Assembly (NCBI GenBank): GCA_973851085.1
Contig: OZ316775.1
Coordinates: 7,564,001 to 7,628,000, forward strand
Source: Ptychomitrium polyphyllum
Taxonomy: Eukaryota
Direction of reading: 5' to 3'
Length of the DNA stretch: 64,000 nt
Shown: piece after piece, positions 54,102-64,000 of the stretch
How the letters are laid out: every line of letters starts with the position of its first letter
How positions within the stretch are numbered: position 1 is the stretch's first letter
Position numbers and translations under genes: made by a program
Notes under the pieces: model-generated
What the model was told of the DNA's origin: nothing
What the model saw: the letters and a program-made list of their open reading frames with translations, nothing else
Databases searched by the model: none

Positions 54102-57100
54102 TTTATTCTCTATTCTGTTGACCTTAGACCTATCTTTCAATCATTCTCTTTCATAGTGTTGTTTAGCCAACCCAATTTGTATGTATAACATTTGCATCTC
54201 TGAATTTTTCACAGTGAATCCATGTATACATGATCCAACATCAATTACAACCAAATGTGCTTGATGACTGGTGCAAGCACTGAGTAGATTGGATTACTGT
54301 TGCTGTGCTACCAATGTGCAACATGGAGGTATGTTCTTCAAGGAAAATGTCACATTTTGAACATATCAATTGTACAATATGTAACATAATAGTGTGTAAA
54401 GGGAATATGTCTAGCTGTTGAAGATAGTTAATTATGAGAAATTACCAGCCTCAGTGCCTACAGCCTCAGATTCAAAGTCTTTTGAGCAAGTTAAGCAAGT
54501 TTATCATAGTTGATCAAAGTGACAGCTGAGGCTGCCATGGTCATGACAGAAGGCTTGGCATTCTCCTCATTGTGAAGGTATAAGTGCCTGTAACTTTATG
54601 ACTGTACAGAAAAACATATCTGTTGACAATTCATCAATTTCAAAGTACACTAGTTATGCAACACTTGTTGAACACAAGGTACTTACTTAGGTGGAGGTTA
54701 TTTTCCTACTTGGTGGGATTCTAAAACTGTGGGTTCCTTATCCAATGCAATCATCTACTTGTACAAAAAGGAGTTGCATCCCCATTATGTATTCATACTA
54801 CTTTAGTTGTGTTATAATGTTACTATGGTATCACTAAACTTGGCTTTAATGAATAGCATAAGTTTCCAGTCCCATTCTCAAGTTCAAAGAATTTATCATA
54901 GTCTAAGCAAAGTACATTAGACGCATCAAAATGACAACCATTTGAAGATGTTCTAATACAAATATATCTTTTACTTTCATGATATAGGTGTAGAAGTTAA
55001 ATGAATCATACAACCACACTTAGTGTAACCACTAGGTGCTAAATGAAGAGAATCCTTACCCTACCATCAACTGCTATATCAGCTTGGTGTGAGAGCAGCT
55101 GAAGGGTCTTTCAGTACAGCTATACATGAACTTTGGTGTGACCCATCTTTTGTATTCACATCTTATTCTGTATATACTCAACTTTTTCCTTTCTCCAGGA
55201 GAGACTAATTCAATTTCAAGCTAGCAGAGTAAGATTTAGTATTCCTGATATTTCAAAGCTCTAGCAGCAGTCTTTATCATATTATATAACTTTTCCACAG
55301 GAGTCATTCATAAATGGAATTTTTTTGTTACTTGGTGCTTAACAAAATGCACAGTGGTGAATCACTCTGGTGAATCATCCATTCCTGCTTACCATTGATG
55401 GTCTTACTTGCACTTCACAGATGCAATCCATGTTTACAACATAAATCATGGAGTATTAAAGAAGTGCAAACAATTTTTTTATCTTCACCAATATGCAGGA
55501 GACATTCTTGGTCATCTCTGGGTTTGAAATCAATGGCCGTTACTCTACAAAATCCACCACTGAATCTACTCAAGGTGAGTATGCACCAATTCATTAATTG
55601 CATAATTGTAATATGGCTTAACCACTAACAATTCTGTTTGCATGAGGAGTTGTAGGCGTGCACATCTGTAATACACAGCAGACCCATTTTGGATCCCCTC
55701 CTTGTGATTTCATTGAAATCAGCTGTTAGAAATGGGTAATTTAAAACAACACCAGAGATTTTTGGAAATGTTTACAGGGAAAGAAGAGTTTTTGCTTGTC
55801 AAGGAATACTTGAATATTGCAAGCTGTGAAACATCATCACAAGCAAAACAAAAAGTGCCTCATCAATGTGCAAGTACAGACTTCAACTGTATGATGTGCA
55901 ATACAGAAAATATCATCCACCTCCACTTGCATATGCAACAGGTGGAATCAAACCCCTGACCTCATCCTCCCATGCTAATGCTCAAACTAGTGAGCCTGTG
56001 CCCAAATTAGCATACTATGACTAGAATTTAGAAGATACTTGAAAGTGTTTAAGCGCTAAGGTACTTCAAAGCCAGCTCTTTAGATCTGCTAAGTGTAGTT
56101 GGCCCACTGCCAACAGATGAGTGTGTTCTCAAACCAGGTTATTAGCATCAACACAAGTTCAAAGACTGACAAACAAAGTGGCTTGTAAACTTTTGTTGAA
56201 ATGGGTTTGTCTAGAATTTGCAGTATGGATATACAAATGTGATTTTGTTAAGACATGTGAATATTGCAGAAGAAGAGAAAAACCAACCTAATACATAAAA
56301 ATCATGAACAAATTAGTAGGCCTGTATCCACCATTCCTTATAACTTTTTTCTTGGTAGAAGCTAAACTTTGGAGTCAAACACAAATTGTCAATTAGTGTC
56401 TTTTTTCAAAAACCTAAAAACCAAGTCATCAACCACCCAAACAACTAGTAACCACCACTTAGTGCACGCATAATCACTCAACTTTCATTCACTCCTAAAA
56501 CTATGGAGCACACCCATGCCTCCATGGTTTTCTTCAATGACTAGTGTAAAATTCACTTTCCTTTTTATTACCACCAATTCATGAGTTTATTTGCACCCAA
56601 CTTCAGTCATTTTACCACCACTCTCTTATCCATTTTTCAACAAATTTATCCCAAATGCTCATTAAATTTATGCTTGGTGGTTAGTAGTCTTTCATAGCTG
56701 GTGAATATGGGAAGTAGGAAATAATGGACCTGCTTACCTTATGCCTTTGGGTACAAATTATATTTCTGGTTTACACAACCACCAGAAAAAGGCTCAAGTC
56801 AACAGGCATACCACACATGCGGCGACCTTGCCACTTTCAGGTGTTGCTCTCATAAATGCAAAGGAGGGCTTCTGTTCATGTGCTCCATTTTTTTGCATTA
56901 TCGAGGTGTAGCCCATGTGGTTACCACCATATTTGGGCTCTCTGGACCCCTTGGCACCAAAGAACATATCAGAAAATATATAGATGATACTTGTCCAAAT
57001 GGTCAAATATTTCCCAGAAGAGGTCTAACGGGCACTTTGATCAAAACATGAGGTCTGGAGTTAGGTTGTATTTCCCTGTGACCAGCCAATTGGACCCAAC

Positions 57101-57710
57101 ATCTGTAAATGTATACATCAGATTTGTCTTTTTCTATCAATATTTATCTCTTTGTATATTTATTTTGAGATTATATCGTTTATTTAACCAAAAACTTAAA
57201 TATGATACGACACAAAAATAATTTATCCATTTTATACTAAATATACACAAGTAATAAAAAAATAGTTCATCCATTTTATTGGAGAATAAACTTTAAGTAC
57301 AATAATTTAAAATTAAATGTACGTACTCAATGACTTTATGAAAGAAATTAGGTAAATTCACAATTAAATACATTCAATTCTTTTAAAATTTGTACATGAG
57401 ACTTTTAATTGTGATGGAATTAGGATTTCTTCCAAAAATCAAATTCAATATTTTCTAGTAAATAGTAAATCTTCTAGGCTTTTTGGAAAAGTATAACAAC
57501 TTTCTCAATATTTCATTGGTGACATTAAGCAATCCACCAAATACGGTATCTTCTACGTCATCCTGTACAATATTTCCTGACGTGGAAAATACACACAGAG
57601 AGCAGATTGACGCACTTACTCGTCCTCCTGGATGAGCAACCGATAGGATGAAGTAAAGGGGCATCCCGCCAATCCCCTCAACCACCCATCTGACCAAGGT
57701 TTGGGTTGGG

Positions 57711-57720
57711 TTAGGGTTTG
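57711..57720 (-). promoter_or_regulatory. Telo-box-like motif (AAACCCTAA) within a GC-rich island
   Basis: gttagggttt on + strand among degenerate gggtt repeats. No downstream gene was identified. Confidence 0.3.
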
Positions 57721-60249
57721 AGAAGGGGTTAGGATTTAGCACTCCAACAGCAGTCTGCCTCATGCGACGCAGTGCTTCCTTGCAGGTGCTGCGTGCAGGC
57801 GCTCCTCCTCTCCCGTTGCAGGCGGTCGCCGTTGCTCCTCTTGTAGGTGTTGTTCGCCTTGCTCACGCTCCTCTCACTGATATGCTGCTCTTGCCGGCGC
57901 TGGCCGCTGGGTCTCCCCCTGCTGCTGTAGGCGCACTGTTTTGTTATGTTACAATCTGCCCGTATGAATCAGGATGTTTTCATGTCGAGTATCATCGCTA
58001 GATATCATGTATCTTTTGTATTCCTGTTCTCTGTACGCAAGTAGTGTGTTGGCGCACTTCAGTGGTGGGAAACTTAAACAAAAAAAAGGCGAATTGAACC
58101 ACGTAGTCACAATTCCAGCTCAGCACGTACCAAAAGTCTGCAAATGGCACGTAACCCCAACTTTCAAAACATCAGACCCTCTACAACTTTAATCTAAAAG
58201 TCCTAGCTTCAAACTTCACTTAGATGAAGCTGTCGCAAGGAGTTCCAAGTGCAGTTGAAGGCAGGCCACTAAACCATATCATGCTTCGAGTCAGCTCTCA
58301 GCTGCTGAGGTGACTTTGAAATCTGGAAAAACGCAACTGGTGTTCTTCACAAAAAGAAAGGATGTTTCAAAGAATTGAAGTGAGTTGATGTTGCAGATCT
58401 GATACAATCAGTAATTCTGTTGCATAAAATGCACGAAAACTAAGAGCGTGAGTAAATTGGTTTCGCTTATTGCAACACAAGTACGAAGTCTCCAGAAGAG
58501 ACTCGAGAAGATAGAGATTCGAGAGTAGGAAAGATCTCCAAGGTGGCCTGGAAATTTGAAGACTGTCTCCTTGGTAGCCAACTCGAGCTAGTCCAAGGTG
58601 AGTTAAGGAGGAGATGAGAAATTGCATCTCTCATCCACCACTTCCATTGAAGGGAGGACTACTATATGAGCTGCTCGCCCTCCTCGGCACGGAATCCAGA
58701 GTTCCAGCTTCCACCGAAACGCTTTCTGCGACTTTTGAGACCGTTGAAAAGCTCGACGTCAGCAAGCACCAAAGCGTGCACGTTCACAATACGGGCGATG
58801 ATTGCTGTTAAGTGATTTGCATTCATCGACAATCACTTGGAGCGTGGTGAGTGGTTGCATGTGAATCTAGCATGTTCCTATTGATTTAAAAGGATGTTTT
58901 CTTTTTCTTAGAGCATTAATGGTCAAATGTGAAATTTGAAACCAATGCTAAAATATATACACTATCCTGCAGATAATGGCACCTTATGTAACATCGAGGG
59001 ATTAATTGAGGTTCCAGTGCAATACATATAGAAGAAGAAACCAGACTTACTCATAAATTGTACATGATTTTAAATTGCAGGAGCCCAATCCTAAGTTATG
59101 TCAAATTGGAAGTGAGAATGAAATTTGAAAGAGCAAAAATGTGACAATAAACCAGTTTTAAGCCTTAAGTTGTTGGCCATCAAGAAATTTTCCCAATATT
59201 TTTCAAGACTCTTACTTCCAAATTCAAGGGTCCTACTTTAGTAATTTAAGGTTCAATATGCCCAAATTTACCAATACAATCAAACATGTATCATTTTTAG
59301 ATTTCTTAATCATTTATCTTAAATCTTGTGAATAATAAAGTTTTTTTCCATATAGGAAATAAATAAATATATAGCAAATACAGTTGATTTGATTCTTTTA
59401 TCAATTAAATATTTACTATTATTGGCACAACAGACATAATAAAACAACATAGTAAACCTATGGATATGCTATTGCAACTTGCTAAACATGGATGTCTTAT
59501 TATAAAAAAGAAAACCTAAAATATGGACTTTCATACGTACGTCCAAATACCCACATATCCAAATATGGCCTATCAGATAAACCACTCACAATCTAGAACA
59601 TGTGCAACAAAAAACAAACAATCCTATAATGACGTTATTTTAAACAAAAGTCTATTTAAATAGCGATGATGTTCATTCAAAATCCCCTTTGAATTCCAAT
59701 TTGGCTATGTTTTAATCAGACCTTTCACGATTTTTATTTGAGTTTGATGTATTACAGTAACTATACTTTAATCAAATTACAGAACTTGGCTACCAAGAGA
59801 AATCACAGAATTCCAAGCAATATTGGATCTAGCTAAGGATATTGCCATCTTTGCACATTGTACAGACAGGCCAAGAGCTAAATGGTGCGGCTATTTCAAA
59901 CCAAATCTAAAACACCTAATGTTATCTTTATTGTACTTAGCTAAACAAGTATTTGTAAGTGTTCGGTTCACTCCAAATTCATTACAGTTGATCTCCTACT
60001 TCCTCCTGCTCCTCTTTTAAATTAATGACATAATTTTGGTCAACTTCCAAAATTGAAAGGTGCTTGAACGGGCCTTGCTGGATAGCTACATTATCTGTTG
60101 AGACTTTTGAAGGACTGGCATTGAAGAACATGTGATATGCTTGTGTCTGGGCCACTAAAAGCCGTTAGCAAGGCAGGTAGCAATGCTCTAATGTTACTTT
60201 TCCTAGGCCTATTCAAGACCAAAAAACCTGCTTTTGCTCACTTGTGCGG

Positions 60250-62700
60250 GAAAAAGTCATTTCTACACCAGCTTGTATCAGACTTGTCTAGATAAGGATA
60301 AAACGTCCATCAATTTCTTAGTTCTCTGACAAGGGGTTCCTGCATCATCCACTGAACCCTTCCAAAGATCAGAATCTATTTTTTGTGAGGGCCAAGTTTG
60401 CTGTTCAAAACAAAGGAAGTTTCTAGCTATCCAAATCATCCAAATCACTGTTCCTCAAGAGTGACCACTTTGTAGTTCTAGGCATTGATTTAGAATATAA
60501 GATTGTTTTGGATGGCCTGATTTCTTGATGCAATTACAACATGGATGAGGCCAACCCAAGTCTGAGTACCTCGACTGGAAAACCTCACATTTTCCTTTCT
60601 GTATTCATTACTGTTTACAATATTGTTTTTATTTTCACTGTGAAGAGGTGCATCACATTGGATGAAGCCTTCAAGTGGGTAGGCCCTGTGCCACTGCTTA
60701 CTTCTTTCCCTTCTAACCACACATGAACAAAATTTCATAGAAGACAGGACTAAACTCTAATTGTGAATTCTCACTCTGTAATAGTCCCCTACTTGTGATT
60801 TATTTTGGGATTTTTAGCAAGGTCTTAAAGTGTGAAGTACCATGTAGTGTCTTTTGACAAATTAGGTTCTTTAATGTTGAATCTCAATTCAAGTTGTTTA
60901 AATAATTCTTTTGCATATGAGTCTAATTAAATAAATGATTTTTTCCAAGTTTAATATCTATTTTAATCAAAAAAGTTTAAATAGTTCCAAAATCAAGTAT
61001 CTTGGTAGATTAAAAATTCAATACTCATTACTACTAATTTTTTTAATGGCATTCTAGAAATGGATAAATTCTATCTCCACAAAAATATTCTTCATTTTAA
61101 TTTTAACTTAAGCTTGAATTGTTAGATTTTTTACACATGTTGTATTTAGTATCTATAATTTTTTTACAGTTTTTCTTACATATATCACAATAATTTGACA
61201 ATCTCACAAATTAACAAGAGAAAGTTATGACTTGACATATTCATTAATCTACAAAGATGAAATAATGAATAATATCAATCATTGACATTAACCTTAAAGT
61301 ATTCAAATGAATGCAAATTGTAGTATGACTCTGCAGCCATAGACCCAAGGCCTTAATGATTAATTTCACTATGTATTTGCAAACTCACAAGCTATACCAT
61401 GTATATCCATACTTTCAGGATAACTCTATTGCAAAGGTAACAGGTCATCAGGTTTACACCGACCATAAGATATTTGATTTCCAACCCCATCAATCAAACC
61501 CAGCATGTTCCTGGTAACTATTGATTCTATTTTGCAGGCTACCTTGATGCTTGAGCCAACCAATTCAAATTCTAAGATGGCACTATGCATGATGCTGTAA
61601 GCTGCAGATCAGTGCACACCACTAATTTTTTCAAAATAAAAACAGACATAAGTTGATAAGTCACATTGTTTGCTTATGACTGGGTTGTTTAGCATCCCCA
61701 AATGCATGGCAGGAAAGTAGATGTGGGTTCAAAAAAATGAGCTGTTTCAAACTCACATCTTGTGGAATGGACAGCCTGCTGAAACAGAAATTTGAATTTG
61801 CAAGGTTGGGCTCTGGAAATTTGTACATGCAAACCAAACAGATAGGTGCAGAGTAGGTGTCCCAGGCTCCAGCCCCTGCTGTAAGCTAAAGCTCACTGCA
61901 ATGTGCCTGATTGCTTGTGTTGCTATGGTCCTCTGTTTCTCAACCCCCCTGTCTTGCTGCTGTGAGAACTTGTATTGCATTTCTGTCAGTAAGGTACTTC
62001 TTTGACTACAGTAGATGGATTCATCCATATGCTTACTCAATTTGATTTATGTGTCTACAAAGTTAACTGTGTCTACTACTCAACTACAGACTGGTGGCAA
62101 CCATATAAATCCATCAAGGTCCCCTTAACATTCTCCAGTAAGGCAACTGCTTACCTTGCAATTAAGGGGGTAAGGCTATTGATGAAGGAAGAAATAAAGG
62201 TGGCTCCATTCCCTTTTCTAGGATGATGAATTGCTCTGCCAAAGAATGTTGTGCCCTTGATTTTTTGACATCCAACATTGCTCTATTAAGTAGCATCAAA
62301 CTTGATTTTGTTCACTGAAAATAAATTTTCTAAAATTTTCTTCAAACTTTTGAATAACTGACTAAAGTGAAAAGAGGTGTTGTCAAAAAATATAAAGACA
62401 AAGTCAGTTCCTTACTTTGTATACATGTTAACAAATCTTACTATTAATTTTGTACAAATTTATTCACAGCCCTCAAAGAATTAATTAGCACTTCATTCAA
62501 ATAGTCAAGTCTTTGTACAAGTTTTGAGCAATTCAATGAATTTAAAGATTGAACTGTCAACAATACTCACTTAGACAAACTGATTTCATTAAAATCTTCA
62601 ACCACTTTCATAGTATCGTCTAAAATTCCCTAACTCTTTTCAAATGAATTTGTTCTTGATGCCAGCCAATTTCAAGAACCTTGTTCATTGACTTTCACAA
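60250..62700 (-). mobile_element. Heavily decayed non-LTR retrotransposon (L1-like LINE ORF2) remnant
   Basis: Minus-strand GTVIWMIWIARNFLCFEQQTWP (60392-60454) matches the W.IW..RN..hF motif at the C-terminus of plant L1 ORF2. It is preceded by VAQGLPT (zf-RVT-like, ~60680), LVSL..I....GLG (~61340-61375) and YKINSKI (~62440-62455) in the expected order. Many stops; ends approximate. Confidence 0.55.
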
Positions 62701-64000
62701 AATTTGTAATTCAATTATAGGAAAAAACAATGCAATTGTTTATAATGAAAACAATATCATTTATATCAAGCATGACAACTGTGTTGTTGAACTTGTTAGA
62801 TTTTGGCAATGTGGGCTTGAAGATTCTATCTCCATGTTGCAATATTCCATACACATTAAAACATGTGCATATTTAATTTAAATTATAAATTATACATACA
62901 AGATTATTGTGACACTCTTTAAAAAAGAAATTGTCTGTGAACTTTATCCATGACAACTATTAAAATATAATCTTTTTCATCACAAAATTGATTATCTATT
63001 ATAACGAAATCACATTAATAAGTTAGTAAAATTGATAGACAATGAATTCCAAGTTCATGAAATTGGTTGGAATCAGCAATAAATTTGATTTGAAAAGAAT
63101 TAAGAAATTGCAAGGTAATCTTAAAACTTGGTTGAAGTTTCTAGTGAAATGTATTAGTTAAAATGTTTTATAGTGCACATGGTTTCTGAAAAAATTTAAA
63201 CCTTATCTCTTGAAAAAATCATAATTAAAATATTGTTACTTCTAATTCTGGTTGAGAAATATCATAAGTAAGAAGGTGTGCAAAGTTGGTATAAGGTTCT
63301 AGTGAAGTTGCTTGGCATGCAGTGACAAAATTCAGATTTTTTTTGAAGTAATTCATCTAATGAAAGGAACAAACTAATCTTAAATCCAGAACAATTTACT
63401 TTTTGTTAAATAGGAAGTACATTCATATTCCTATTTTGTGTTCAATGGACAAATTAATAGAATGTAGCAAATAAAAGATGTTTCATTTAAGAAAAAAACT
63501 TGAAGGTTTTTATTTATTTATTATTTTTAAATATCAATTATTAATGGCTTCAAAAAGAATTCTATGAATAAATTTATTAAAATTGTTTAAGGTAATTAAA
63601 TGAGCCATTGGTGTGACTTCTTGCATATAAATCCAAAAGAAAATCAAATCTTCTTTTAAGCTTTTGCACCTCTTAAGGAGTCTTAATTTGGCACTCATAC
63701 ATTTATAGAAGATAAGCATGGCACTTTAATTCTATAAAAGAGGAAAACTATGCTTTTCATTTTGATATAATCCTTTCATATTTGTAACAAAGCTACACAA
63801 TAATGTTTATTACATTGCATAAGAATGTTTACATTCCATAAAGTTAACTCTCTTAAAATAGAAATGTGTAGCATTTAAAATACTTTAATGCACTAACAAA
63901 TAAGAAGGGAAGAATTTAAAGGACTAACACTATAAAAAAATTCAATAAATAGAATTTAACTCAAAACCAATTCAAATCTTAAAGTCTTAGCATTTTTGCT

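Overview
Eukaryotic land-plant nuclear DNA. GT-AG introns, a plastid-targeted shikimate kinase and DnaJ, TPD1-like and AP2 genes, and very AT-rich CpG-poor intergenic blocks suggest a moss-like bryophyte (inference, not proven). Apparently intact genes: a spliced Myb/SANT (trihelix-like) protein (~5.1-7.9 kb, +), tRNA-Gly(TCC), a TPD1-like secreted Cys-rich protein (-), an 8-exon shikimate kinase (-) and an intronless plastid DnaJ11-like protein (+). Damaged genes are unusually dense: a GH18 chitinase with two nonsense codons, a fragmented GH27 alpha-galactosidase, a frameshifted GT25-like glycosyltransferase, an atypical AP2 gene with an unrecognised N-terminal domain and a split C-terminus, LRR remnants and a decayed LINE. 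Best leads: (1) two hidden micro-exons in shikimate kinase intron 1 that could switch the enzyme from plastid-targeted to transit-peptide-less; (2) the unknown-domain/AP2 fusion; (3) the GT25-like gene. All exon models and translations beyond the ORF track were read by hand and are unverified by transcript data.
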